A stretch of DNA of 64,000 nucleotides from a virus: IMG/VR virus record IMGVR_UViG_3300025418_000011; one strand, written 5' to 3'. The position numbers and the translations under genes are program-made. The notes beneath the pieces were generated by a model, which did no database searches, had not been told where the DNA came from, and was given only the letters and a program-made list of their open reading frames with translations. This document shows positions 18,616-30,000 of the stretch, piece after piece (position 1 is the first letter of the stretch; each line of letters begins with the position of its first letter).

Positions 18616-19029
18616 ATGATAGCAAATCTTTTACCAAAATTAACTCAGTTAATGAATGTGTTCTTTTCTAAAGAACTCCCGTTATCAATGACCACGCCAG
18701 GAATGGCTAGAAAATGGTTTCTAGACTCTGTTAACTGGGAAGGCACCCTCAAAATGGAAGATCTCCAAAAGGCCACAGATAGGACTAACTTAAACTCAGA
18801 TTATACAGAGCGTTTTAAAGTAGAGGATGCTAAGTCCAGAAAAGGAATTTCTGCTATTAAGTTAGAGATAAGTCAACTATACTCATTTAATAAATCATTC
18901 GTTCTAAGACATCAGTCAAGACTGCAATATTATAGAGGAGACTTGTCCCAAAAGGGAGGAAGAACTATGTATAATGTTTGGCAGTCTATAGCTATATTTA
19001 ATACATTTAAAACAAAACTAGACGTATAA
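18616..19029 (+). CDS. Hypothetical protein
   Basis: 137 aa, operonic. Confidence 0.55.
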   Translation: MIANLLPKLTQLMNVFFSKELPLSMTTPGMARKWFLDSVNWEGTLKMEDLQKATDRTNLNSDYTERFKVEDAKSRKGISAIKLEISQLYSFNKSFVLRHQSRLQYYRGDLSQKGGRTMYNVWQSIAIFNTFKTKLDV

Positions 19030-19030
19030 A

Positions 19031-19510
19031 ATGCCTATTTCAGGAACATCTACAAATTATACTGGTAGAAAGGTAGACGTAAGTATTTTACGCACACCGT
19101 CACCTAACGTTGCTACGCCTGTAGCAGTTTCTCCGTCTTTTGGCAATCCTTCTCAGTTGTGCTCAGGTGTTCAAAAATTGGTACAAAGATATGCGATTAT
19201 TTTATTAACTAATGCAGGATCTCAAGAAAATTATAGTTCTTTTGGTACATCTTTTTTACAAACTTTACAGCAAGGTTTGTCGCCGGTAGATAATATAAGA
19301 GCTGGCCAGATATTTTCTCTTGCAGATTATCTTGCTGTTAATATTATTAAAAATTATCAAATCAACAATTCAGATATGCCTGCAGACGAACAATTAAGTA
19401 GTACTAAGCTATTAGGGATTATATTGACTCCTGGTTCTGTAAGTTTTTCTGTACAAATAACAACATTAGCTGGTGATGTTGTTAGCTTTCTGGTACCTTT
19501 ACCTATATAA
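19031..19510 (+). CDS. Baseplate wedge gp25/gpW-like protein
   Basis: SGVQKLVQRYAIILLT...FGTSF motif; precedes the baseplate J-like gene. Confidence 0.65.
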   Translation: MPISGTSTNYTGRKVDVSILRTPSPNVATPVAVSPSFGNPSQLCSGVQKLVQRYAIILLTNAGSQENYSSFGTSFLQTLQQGLSPVDNIRAGQIFSLADYLAVNIIKNYQINNSDMPADEQLSSTKLLGIILTPGSVSFSVQITTLAGDVVSFLVPLPI

Positions 19511-19513
19511 TTT

Positions 19514-21130
19514 ATGAGTGAATCAGTGCAAGATACAGCCACCAGGCTAACAACATTTATAAGCCAAAATTTCGCTAATGCGGATACTGCTCCAGGATCT
19601 GTAATAAGCGAACTTGTGATAAAATTGGCTGCGTCTCTTCAAAATGTTCAATATAACAATATTTCCTCTCTATCTCAGGGGCAGGCCATAAGCCAGGCAC
19701 TAGCCAGCACCACCGGCACATATACTTCAACTATAGATTTAATTGCCTCTAACTATAATACCATTAGAAATCAAGGAGCCTATTCTACCGGAAATATACA
19801 AGTTTATGTTAGTTCTCCTGGCAATTATACAGTCTCTAACACACTTCAATTCATTCAACCTACTCTTCAGTTAGTTTATCAGGTAAACAGCGCTTACAGA
19901 ATATCTTTAACTCCAAATATATCCGCCGGAGAGTTACAACTATACACAGAGGGAAATAAATATTATTTTATTCTTCCTGTAACTGCAACTGCGGTGGGCT
20001 ATGCATCTCAAGTGTCTTCAGGTACAGTATTTTCTACGGTTATTACTGGAGTAATATCCAACTTTGTTTCCGCCAATGCTTATGGTAATTTTACCTCGGG
20101 TCTTCCAGAACAAACCGACCAGCAACTAATTTCTACATTTAAAAATAAGCTGGGTAGTTCGAGATTTGAATCTCCGGCAGGTATAGCGAATAGACTTTCG
20201 AATATATATCCAACTTTTCAAACCTTGTCTGTTTGTGGAGCTAATGATGTTGAAATGACCAGGTCTAAACAAAACTCTTTTGGCATTTCTACATTTGGTA
20301 TGGCGGATGTTTATTTACGCAATTGTGTGGGAGTGGAGACATACACAGCTATAGTTACAGGTAAAAAAATAGCTGCAAGTACCTGGCAGTTTAATTTAGA
20401 TAATTCTTATTGCGCGGGGTTTTATACAGTTTTTTCAATAATACCTAATTCCACGCAGCTCCTAGGGGGTACTTTACCTATAACCAACATTACTTATGGG
20501 TATCGAACATTTGAATCAACCATTAATAATGTTTTAAATAACTATAAGGATGCTAGATTTACAAAGTATCAAACAGCTACGATAACGTTTACATATGATG
20601 AAAATCCATTACTGGCTGTGGGGAGCACCGCAGATTTTGTGGTTTCTTCATACTATCAACCGCATATAGGGGATATTCAGGATTTAGTCACGTCTAGTGA
20701 TGAACGTCTCGCTTGTGCGGATTATTTGGTTAAAGCCGCCCTACCCTGCTTTGTTTCTTTAAACCTTTCATTGGTATTGAACAACCCCAATGACACATAT
20801 GACTCCTTGAAGTTAAACCAATTGAAGCAGGATATTTTTACATATATAAATACGATACCGTTCGGTGGATCTGTACATGCGTCGAATATAGTAAAAATTT
20901 GCCATAATTATAATATATCTAGAGTTGAACTTCCTATAAGCATGACAGGAAAGATTCTATGTAACGATGGCACAACAATAACTATAACCGGAAGCGATAG
21001 TCTAGAAATACCAACTAATATTCCTCTGGGGGTTTCTCCAAAAACCGTACAATTTTTTATAAATTATTTTGACACCTCTATTGGTGGTGCAGGTGTAATT
21101 GACAATATTGGAATTACTCTGGTGTCATGA
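19514..21130 (+). CDS. Baseplate J/gp6-like protein
   Basis: DTAPGSVISELVIK, R...GAYSTG, PVTATAVG, TSGLPEQTDQQL, GMADVY, DIFTYINTIPFG motifs. Confidence 0.8.
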   Translation: MSESVQDTATRLTTFISQNFANADTAPGSVISELVIKLAASLQNVQYNNISSLSQGQAISQALASTTGTYTSTIDLIASNYNTIRNQGAYSTGNIQVYVSSPGNYTVSNTLQFIQPTLQLVYQVNSAYRISLTPNISAGELQLYTEGNKYYFILPVTATAVGYASQVSSGTVFSTVITGVISNFVSANAYGNFTSGLPEQTDQQLISTFKNKLGSSRFESPAGIANRLSNIYPTFQTLSVCGANDVEMTRSKQNSFGISTFGMADVYLRNCVGVETYTAIVTGKKIAASTWQFNLDNSYCAGFYTVFSIIPNSTQLLGGTLPITNITYGYRTFESTINNVLNNYKDARFTKYQTATITFTYDENPLLAVGSTADFVVSSYYQPHIGDIQDLVTSSDERLACADYLVKAALPCFVSLNLSLVLNNPNDTYDSLKLNQLKQDIFTYINTIPFGGSVHASNIVKICHNYNISRVELPISMTGKILCNDGTTITITGSDSLEIPTNIPLGVSPKTVQFFINYFDTSIGGAGVIDNIGITLVS

Positions 21131-22926
21131 ATTTAGGATTTTTATCTTCAAAATATCCATCAAGCGATTATACAAACAGTAATAATCTCTATATGTCTTT
21201 GGGTTCTTTTTGGACCCAAGTATTCCAGGAAACAGACACGCTAAAAGGCTATACTTTAGCCATGGCTGAAGAATTAATACAGAGTTATTATTCTCTCATA
21301 GATATATTGAATTCATATTCAGTAAAACAAATTCCTATCTTTAATAAGGTAAAATGGCAGCCAATAGTAATTCAAAAATCGAAATTTAATTATACTCCTA
21401 TTGAATTTGCTCCTAAGACTGTTGTTTTTGGCGCGCAGCCCGCCAATGATACGTATTACGCAGGTCAAACATTCTTGTTTGGTAAGTCAAAGAGCGCATC
21501 AAATGGAGTTTTTAATTTTTCTCCAACTTTTGATCTTAGAAAGTTTTCAGTAATTGCTGACAGAGTAATAGCTCCTTCTAATTTGTATGTTAACGGTGTG
21601 GATGTAGTCGTAGATGCGTCCAATGTACTTTATTTTAACGTAGATATTTTCAAAGACCCTGGTTTACCTAAAACAAATTTAATAAACACCAACGGCACTC
21701 CCGCCACCTTCGTAGATCAAGACGGTGTGACTCAAAATGACCAGTTGATTATTCTTTGGGGATATAATGCTCAGGTTGACAACAAAGAATTATATAATAA
21801 TTTTGGTTCTTTGTTTGACCTAAGGTTAAATTCTTCTGAAGCATATAAGGCCATACTGGAGGGGGTGTTTAATCTTTTTGTTTCTGGCCCTACAATTAAC
21901 GCTATTAAGTCCATAATGGCGGCATTTAACGGGGTAACTCCTGTGATTGAGGCAGAAGAAACTATTCAAGATATATACTCTGATAATTTGTTTAATTATG
22001 TGATTACAGATAAGAGAGTTTACAAATTTGAAATATATCAAACAATTTTAGAAAAGTTTAAAGCGGGCAGCGTTGTGTATGCCGGAGATATCTTGGTAGA
22101 TACTGTACAGTTTTATGATCAATTACTGGATAACCATTGGTGGAAAACGGTGGTTAATACACCAAAAATAGGTCTATCTCCACATATTTTTATAGGTAAT
22201 TATAAACATCAGCTGTTTTTTTCAACATCCCCAGAATTAGTAACCAGAGATATAAACGGAGATATAAATTTTCCCGTACTTGGAAATGCTTCAGATGTGG
22301 CACAATTTAATGCTTTTTTAAACGCACAAGAAAACGTACAAAGTAATTTAAAGGCACTAGGGCTTAATAATCCTGGAAATACTGCAGTTATAGTTCCGGC
22401 TGATTTTATATTTAACAATTTCATTAAAAGCAATACCGCATTACTTAAATTTAATTTTTATACACCTGACGATGTAGCTACATTTTTTAATTATTATCCA
22501 TTACTTCAAAAGTACCTTCCTTCTCATTTATATATTTTGTTGGATGTAAATTTAAATTTATCCGCAGATGTTTATTCTGGCATGAATTCTCGTTACAGTA
22601 TCCCAGGATTTCCTGGACTTCAATTTAGTATAGACGGCTCTAACGCAGACGGAACAAGACCAAGAACAGGTGTGAGTGACCCCGCGTACTATAAAGATTA
22701 TAAAAATAGACTTTTTTGTTTAAGTAAAACCCCACATGCCTATGATGGAAACCCTTTGTTTTACTCCGAAAATTTAGATAATCTAACACTAGCCAATTCT
22801 TCGGCAGCTAGAGGTGGTACGGGCCCTAGAGCTCTTGACGGTAAAGTATTCACTAATATACCAATAACAAACCCACCAAAAACAAATGGAGACATTCCTA
22901 CTGTGTTATTGATAGACTTTTCTTAA
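21127..22926 (+). CDS. Baseplate wedge (gpI/gp7-like) protein
   Basis: 599 aa overlapping the J gene; LGSFWT, NFGSLF, GPTINAIKSIMAAFNG, KYLPSH motifs. Confidence 0.6.
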   Translation: MNLGFLSSKYPSSDYTNSNNLYMSLGSFWTQVFQETDTLKGYTLAMAEELIQSYYSLIDILNSYSVKQIPIFNKVKWQPIVIQKSKFNYTPIEFAPKTVVFGAQPANDTYYAGQTFLFGKSKSASNGVFNFSPTFDLRKFSVIADRVIAPSNLYVNGVDVVVDASNVLYFNVDIFKDPGLPKTNLINTNGTPATFVDQDGVTQNDQLIILWGYNAQVDNKELYNNFGSLFDLRLNSSEAYKAILEGVFNLFVSGPTINAIKSIMAAFNGVTPVIEAEETIQDIYSDNLFNYVITDKRVYKFEIYQTILEKFKAGSVVYAGDILVDTVQFYDQLLDNHWWKTVVNTPKIGLSPHIFIGNYKHQLFFSTSPELVTRDINGDINFPVLGNASDVAQFNAFLNAQENVQSNLKALGLNNPGNTAVIVPADFIFNNFIKSNTALLKFNFYTPDDVATFFNYYPLLQKYLPSHLYILLDVNLNLSADVYSGMNSRYSIPGFPGLQFSIDGSNADGTRPRTGVSDPAYYKDYKNRLFCLSKTPHAYDGNPLFYSENLDNLTLANSSAARGGTGPRALDGKVFTNIPITNPPKTNGDIPTVLLIDFS

Positions 22927-22951
22927 CCTTAAAGTATAATAAGAAAAATAT

Positions 22952-23521
22952 ATGGGCGCTTTAGAAAAAAACAATTTGAATAAATCTATTTCTGGGTTTG
23001 TTAAGATCTGGAAATCCTCACCTATCACGGGAGAATCACAACTTGTGGTGGACCAACCTAACTTGGTACTTTATGGAGGAGCTACGGTAATGAGCCAAGC
23101 CTTAGCCGGGGTACCTAATGGAGGTATTTGGGGAATGTATATAGGTTATAATAATAATTCCTCTTTTAGTCCTCCTACCATAGATGTGAGTTATTCACAA
23201 CCTTTCAGCAATTTTAATGCTTCTGCGGGTTTTGGTTATCTTAGAGAACCGCTAACGTTCACACCTAGTTATTTATCTGACCCCAACTATACAAACAATA
23301 CAGTTTTATTCAGCACTCTGATAACATATTCCACAGCGTTCGGGGGAGCCGCCTTTCAAGGAGGGAGCAGCAATATCTATGAAGTGGCACTTGTTTCTGC
23401 TCCTAATCCAAATAACAGCGCGCAAGATATCGTATTTTCAAGAACTTCGTTTAACCCAGTTAACTACGACTCTACTTTTAACTTTACAATAACCTGGGGA
23501 ATTAAATTCCTCGTAACCTAA
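22952..23521 (+). CDS. Baseplate/tail-fibre attachment protein
   Basis: 189 aa; NLVLYGG...EVALVS...DIVFSRTSF...FTITWGIKF pattern; positional. Confidence 0.5.
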   Translation: MGALEKNNLNKSISGFVKIWKSSPITGESQLVVDQPNLVLYGGATVMSQALAGVPNGGIWGMYIGYNNNSSFSPPTIDVSYSQPFSNFNASAGFGYLREPLTFTPSYLSDPNYTNNTVLFSTLITYSTAFGGAAFQGGSSNIYEVALVSAPNPNNSAQDIVFSRTSFNPVNYDSTFNFTITWGIKFLVT

Positions 23522-23527
23522 AAAAAT

Positions 23528-26113
23528 ATGTCAGTAACTCCCTGGGTACCCACGGTAAAACTAATTCAAGACGGTCAAGATGTTTCTCAGCAGGTAGTTA
23601 ATGTACCTCTAGAGCAGTTGATTCAACGCGACCAGCATTTATACGATGAGTTTAATGAACTTCAAAATAAGTCTGCGTTAACTAGTTTTAATCAACCTAT
23701 ATACCCTGGAGATTTAACAGGAGCAAATCCAATTACCGTAGGACAGCTTGCGGTTGTATATTTTAGAAGTGATGAAGGTGGAGAAGGAATATCAAAGGCA
23801 TCTACGGGTTTCTCTACAGACCATACCACAAGCATGTTCCAGCCCAATGCTTCTAATTATGTTTTTGGAATTATTAGAGATGTAAATCCTGGAAATGTCG
23901 CAGACTGCTATATTCAGGGCATGTGCGAATTTTCTGTGCCTATAGATGATCCATACAACGGATTAATAGAGTACTCTCTAGATAACTATGGAAACCGCGT
24001 TGTTCAACCATTCAGTGTTGGGCCATACTATCTATCTAGAAAATTACCAGGAAAGATCACACAAAACCCGGACGGTATTCCTGTTTATGTTGGGTATGCC
24101 TTGTCTCCTACAGAGTTCATACTTCAGCCTTCTGTGGATGAATTTACACAGTTTTTTATTAACTATCGTTATAATATATTAGATCGTCCTGTATATCCTC
24201 CGGTTTTAGACTCCGGTAGCCATACTTGGACAATTCCAACGCCTTACGGCTCTCCTAATAACCCAGATAGACTTGGGTGGATCGCTGCCACAGCACAAAA
24301 TCTTCCTGGTTATGTCATCCCAACAAACCCTGCAGGGCAAGTTGCAAAATTTTTCTACTATATACCCTCTGATTTATCATCAGGACCAGACTCTACGGTG
24401 TTAAATAGTTATGAGATAGCTGAGGCAAATCAATTAGGGGCAAACCTGCCTCCAGTACCATCTAACTTTGTTCAAATTTTACAAAATGGCGTAACTCAAA
24501 GATATAGTGATGTATATGCTCCAGATGGGATATATTCTATAGATGATTATGGGATTTGGTGGTATTCTAATGTTGACGGTACACAGCCTTGGGCTTCAGA
24601 TATTTTAACTACCTACGCCCCCGTAACATTAACATTATCGGCTGCAGCTAGTGCCACAGGAGCCACAGCATTGCATGTTTCTTCTGTTTCCGGTATTTCT
24701 CAGGAGTCATTACTCACAGCGTCTTTTTTAAATACTGGTACATATATATCTAATGTATTTTCCACAACAGGAGCATCCGGTCCAACAGGGCCATATACAT
24801 TAATATTAAATAAGCCAACAATACACCCCGCCGCAACAGGAGCTACATTTACAGCTAACGCCGGATGGGACCCAACACAATGGGAAACATTTAAAGGAAC
24901 CAATAGAAACAGAGCAAGACTGTTTATAAACTTCGCTAAATTCAACCCAGCACTGAGAACACAGCTTGTAAGCTCCCTGAAGCCTTATAACATAACCACT
25001 AATCCTCCCACAGGGGTAGCACCTAATAACAGTAGTAATTTTATCTCGTTTGACTTGAAGAGTGACCCAGGAGAACTTTCAGCCACAGGGGATTTGTTAG
25101 TGAATATTACTCCTCAGTTTAATACCGTAGGATATTCTGATTTACCAAAAATAGTGTCGGCCACATGGGTATCAGGTACATTGGGGGCTATAACTTTCTC
25201 AAGCCCGCACGGACTAACAACAGGTCAACAAGTCGTGACGACCGGTTTTTATGATTCAAATAATTCCTGGAACGGTACATTTACGGTTACTGTTATAGAT
25301 ACCTCTAATATATCTATATCTGGCCCCACAGCCGCACCTATAACTGTAGGAACCATATCAATAGCAGGAGACAGCACGAATGTACCATCAACAACAGGCA
25401 CAGGAGGTACGTATACTGCTGGAAGCGCTGTGGCAGATCTATCATGGGACGCCATTTCAGGCAAGTTTAAAAAAACTGTTACGCCTGTGGTCGCTAGTCT
25501 GCAGGGATCCGGAGGAATAAATGTTACTCCAGTTAGCGGCAGTCCAGGCACATACAATATCGCATATATGTCTCAGGGTATATATGGACTGGTAGACTCT
25601 ATAGAGCCAGTTAACTCTAGATTAGAATTTAGGGGATTAAATTCATATATAAAATTACCATATTATAATCCAGTAACTGTACCGTACGGATTAATAGGTA
25701 AAATTGTTCTCACAAAAGATTCTTTTAATAACGTCCCATTGAATTTAATACTTCAAGTTTTTGGAAATAGTACTTATGGAAGCAACACGAATAACACCGC
25801 GGTTGCTTTGAATTTCGAATATTCGGCAACATCAGCACAAAACGGAGCAGCTAGCTCAGTCACACTTAATTTAAATAATTCAGTAAGCCTGACTAGTGCA
25901 GCGTCATCTTTAGTGACTCTAAGCTTACCTAGCGCAGGATACACTGCGTATACCCCAATTAATATTTCAGGGGGATTAGTTATTCCAGAAAATTACGTAG
26001 GCGAAGATACGGTGATAAACTTTAAAATCACAAGAAACCTCACCGGGTCTAATAATGACTACGTAGGGGATATTGGAATTCTTGGAATTTATTGGGGAAC
26101 AACTAGTAACTAA
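23528..26113 (+). CDS. Tail fibre/baseplate-associated structural protein
   Basis: 861 aa; fibre-like N-terminus (VNVPLEQLIQRDQHL); GATG/GPTG low-complexity inserts. Confidence 0.55.
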   Translation: MSVTPWVPTVKLIQDGQDVSQQVVNVPLEQLIQRDQHLYDEFNELQNKSALTSFNQPIYPGDLTGANPITVGQLAVVYFRSDEGGEGISKASTGFSTDHTTSMFQPNASNYVFGIIRDVNPGNVADCYIQGMCEFSVPIDDPYNGLIEYSLDNYGNRVVQPFSVGPYYLSRKLPGKITQNPDGIPVYVGYALSPTEFILQPSVDEFTQFFINYRYNILDRPVYPPVLDSGSHTWTIPTPYGSPNNPDRLGWIAATAQNLPGYVIPTNPAGQVAKFFYYIPSDLSSGPDSTVLNSYEIAEANQLGANLPPVPSNFVQILQNGVTQRYSDVYAPDGIYSIDDYGIWWYSNVDGTQPWASDILTTYAPVTLTLSAAASATGATALHVSSVSGISQESLLTASFLNTGTYISNVFSTTGASGPTGPYTLILNKPTIHPAATGATFTANAGWDPTQWETFKGTNRNRARLFINFAKFNPALRTQLVSSLKPYNITTNPPTGVAPNNSSNFISFDLKSDPGELSATGDLLVNITPQFNTVGYSDLPKIVSATWVSGTLGAITFSSPHGLTTGQQVVTTGFYDSNNSWNGTFTVTVIDTSNISISGPTAAPITVGTISIAGDSTNVPSTTGTGGTYTAGSAVADLSWDAISGKFKKTVTPVVASLQGSGGINVTPVSGSPGTYNIAYMSQGIYGLVDSIEPVNSRLEFRGLNSYIKLPYYNPVTVPYGLIGKIVLTKDSFNNVPLNLILQVFGNSTYGSNTNNTAVALNFEYSATSAQNGAASSVTLNLNNSVSLTSAASSLVTLSLPSAGYTAYTPINISGGLVIPENYVGEDTVINFKITRNLTGSNNDYVGDIGILGIYWGTTSN

Positions 26114-26115
26114 AA

Positions 26116-27012
26116 ATGCCCTGGATTGACTCATTAGACTATCTAGATTTAAACTCATTACGCAGATATCCTATAAGAGAAGGAACTAGCGCAACGAGTA
26201 CAGATGGGCTTTTTCAAATTCCAAACACGTTAATAGTTGATATTTCATTATCCGCAAGTGGAGACCCATCAGCGAGATTTTATATCTCTTCTTTTTTTAA
26301 TAACCTTTTTTCCTGCACTATTCAGCTGGCTGAATATTACACAGGTACAGTAGTGGGTAGCTTTTTTATAGATTTCAATAGTCATAAGCTCAACGATACT
26401 TATTATTTAACCCCTATCGGCAGTTATGCAGGAGCCTCCGGCAAAATCACCATAGGGCTGCCTGATGATTTACAACTACAACCCGCAGGACAATTTTCTT
26501 TTACAAACACAGATACAGAATTAGAGCCAAGAACTATAATTCCAGGTCTTGCAGGAGTTACATCAATTACATATGTAGACGCAGACGCAAGCACAGCCAC
26601 GTTTACCGGCGATATCACAATGAACGCCAGAAACAATGTTATTTTCACATACAATAGTATTTCTAATAGCGTAACTATGGATGTTGGGGACGGGTTAGGT
26701 TTAAACAAAACCTGTAATTATACGAACTGTGTAAAAACAATAAATGGTGTTACACCAGACCCGTCGAATGGAAATATAACAATGGTAGGTATAGACTGTA
26801 TGCAAATTTCTAGTACTTCTCCATACACGTTACAATTTAACGACACCTGCTGTACTCCTTGCTCCGGGTGCTCGGATTTATCTACGTTAACTACAAGATT
26901 GACTAGCCTTGAAAATAATTTTATAACTATTAAAAATTATTATAATACCCTCAATGGGCAGCTCACAAATTATTTATCCACCGTTAATTCTAGCTGTTCG
27001 TGTGGAAGTTAA
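26116..27012 (+). CDS. Fibre-region paralog 1 (NxLRxYP family), Cys-rich C-terminus
   Basis: N-terminal LDYLDLNSLRRYPI; CCTPCSGC followed by a coiled coil and CSC. Confidence 0.6.
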   Translation: MPWIDSLDYLDLNSLRRYPIREGTSATSTDGLFQIPNTLIVDISLSASGDPSARFYISSFFNNLFSCTIQLAEYYTGTVVGSFFIDFNSHKLNDTYYLTPIGSYAGASGKITIGLPDDLQLQPAGQFSFTNTDTELEPRTIIPGLAGVTSITYVDADASTATFTGDITMNARNNVIFTYNSISNSVTMDVGDGLGLNKTCNYTNCVKTINGVTPDPSNGNITMVGIDCMQISSTSPYTLQFNDTCCTPCSGCSDLSTLTTRLTSLENNFITIKNYYNTLNGQLTNYLSTVNSSCSCGS

Positions 27013-27024
27013 AATTACCGGTAT

Positions 27025-30000
27025 ATGCCCGCGTTAGAATATTTAAGTTCAAATAGCCTGATCAGCTATCCTTTTAAAGATAGTGTTGCCCCCAATCAGT
27101 CTTTAGATATTCCTAAAGGGGCTTTTTTAGACGCGCTGTTTGTAACTAACGATAAAAATATAAAAAGAGTATATATCTCTAGTATCTCTAACATTGATGG
27201 AGATATAAATATAGCCTTATCAGAAGTTAATAATGGTGATATAGGCTCTTTAAGTTTTCCTTTAAGTTCTGCGATTAGTCATTTAGCAAATACGCAAACA
27301 AGCTTTTTTAGCTATTCTGGTGATGGCTGGGTGATCAAATTAATATTTGGCGATGAGATAAATTTTTTATCTAGCTTTTCCGGTACAGTAGAATATACAG
27401 CAGATCAAACAGAATTTTTATCTTCCTTGATAGTGTGGTATCCCAGAAAAGTAACTTCGCTTAGCTTTGATACATATGCCCATGACGGATACACCGCCAG
27501 CCATATATTACAAAACATAAAAACTTACGGGGCTGGAGAAGCTGTCATTTTAGACAATGGAACAAATAATGAATTTACCACTGATAGCACACATCAATTA
27601 TATATAGATGTAGCTAAAGGATTAGGTACGGGATTATGGAACCCCTGCCCTGACGGAGACATAGTAGACATATATACAGTTAATAACAGCTCCCCTAATT
27701 CTTCCGGGGCTTTGTTTATAGCTCCATCCGACTGCTATTCGTTAGACCTTTTGAGTGCCAACACCCTTAATGAGATCACATCAGGAGAGCTAAAAACAAA
27801 GACTGATTATTCAAATTTCTCCACACCTATCCCTGCTAGAAATGGTGTAGCAGCACACACCAATACCTTCAATGCCATATCCTCTGATATGGGAGGGCAC
27901 GGACTTGTATTTAACAATCACTGCAGTCCCAAATGCTCTCCTGAAAATATAAGTGGTTTTGCAAATTATCTCAATAGATCCACAGATGCCTTAGCAGAAC
28001 TTTACAAGGTAGTTAATAATCCCCAACAGACTTATGGAATAGGAAAAATAAATGGATCTGCCTTCGCGGAAAATAATTCTACTGGATTAATAAATAGCGC
28101 ACATTTTGTAGTAACCAGTTTTTGCGCGTATAGAAATGGCAAACCTACACCAGTTGGACCTACGTGTTCAGGAGGGTTTAAAAAGTATTTCCATGAGGGA
28201 AGAGAATTAACAATAACCTCTGGGGCCATTAATTATGTTTTTCAAATAAAAGAAGTTATTTCCACCCATGAAGTTATACTTGGGGTTACCACGCAATCAA
28301 ATATAGCTTTTAATGATATATGCGCAGCCCTATCTGGAAACTTAAATAACTTTATCGTTAACGACTACGGTATAAAAAACGCACTGAATGACGCAATTAC
28401 TAGAAGTAACGCCGCCGCCGCTAATAAAAATCAGCCATACGCAACTTTAAACTACGGCACACTAGAAGCCTATAATGCTGACAAGCAGTATGGTACATTC
28501 ATAACTTCGGTAATTGTTATATACAATCCGTCACCAGCAGCTATTTCATATTCTGTATCCGCATTCACCTCAGACCAAGCCACACTCGTTCCTTCTTCTG
28601 TAAAGATAAAAAATAGTATAGGCGATATTAGCTATGGGGCAAGTGTAGGAACAATCGCCTGCAAGGATTACAATATATTTGAATCCATATATTTCATTCC
28701 TTGCTCACAGGATATAGATCATTTGAATACAGGGAAAGTTACATTTGAAATAACAAACACATCTACTCCAAGTAACACACCTATAAATTACTATTCAAAT
28801 GGCGTTCTTATTGATGCGGTTCAAACGCCAATGACTATACCAGAGCCAGGAGCAACCATAACGGCAGCATATTGTGTTTCTGTCAATAATACTCAAGATG
28901 TAATTTCTGTGAACTACGGTGTACCGTTTAGCTACCCTATAAACATGCCGGAGGCTACAGAATTTACAGTTACAGGTACTCCACCAAGCTGGATAACAAT
29001 AGATACATCCTCAAATTCTCCTAGAATTTATTCTTCAAATCCGAACGGAAATACTTCAGAAGTATATTCTTTTACAGTTTTTGGAAAATCCGGATCACTT
29101 TATTACTTCCTTCAGTTAACCATAGACTATTTTGCTCCTCCGGTAATTAATTATCCAACACAAAACGAGGTTATAAATATTTATCCTCCTGACGGAGGCC
29201 CTCAGGTTTTAACCACTAGAACTTTTACAAAGAGTGCCCCCCTCATTCCCATAGCTGCATCGAATTATCCTACCAGTTATAGTATAACTTTAGACAATAA
29301 TTTAAGTGGTGTAAGTATAGGGCCTACAGGTACAAACAATCTTCCTCCAGGATTATCCGTGGGGGGCAACGGGCTGATAGGTAAGCTCAAGATGCCTAGC
29401 AATACCGTATACCCTGCTTTTTATCCTTTGACTTTGGTAGCCCACAATTCCGCCGGCAGCTCTTCTCCTGTACATGTATTATTAGAGATAAACGAGACTG
29501 GCATAGCTACATCGTATGCAAAACAGGGAGAACAGTTTAATTACAGTATAATCGTTGGCCCTGAAGTAATATCGCAAACAGTAGAACAAATTTTACCAGA
29601 CTGGTTACTTTTTGATCCTACCCTCAATCACTCTTCTGCGGGAGCTGTACCTAATTTTTATGGTACGAATTATGACACCACCTCAACGGAAATAAATATT
29701 GTTGTTAAGCAACAGCTTTATGGTGGAAGTTACAGGCTTGTGTCATATACGATACCTTATATCGTTACACCTATAATAAATTACCCCACTAATTCCACTG
29801 TTATTAATCTATATCCGCCGGACTTTAAAAACCCGATAGGTAGCAATACACAATTTACTTCAGTAAATCCACTATTTACAGTTTCTGCGTTAGGGGCAAC
29901 TTCATTTAATGACAATAACGGAACACTTCCCCTAGGGTTAAGCATAGATAACAATGGAAATATTACTGGGCAGATTTCAGATGATGCAAGTCTAGGTCTC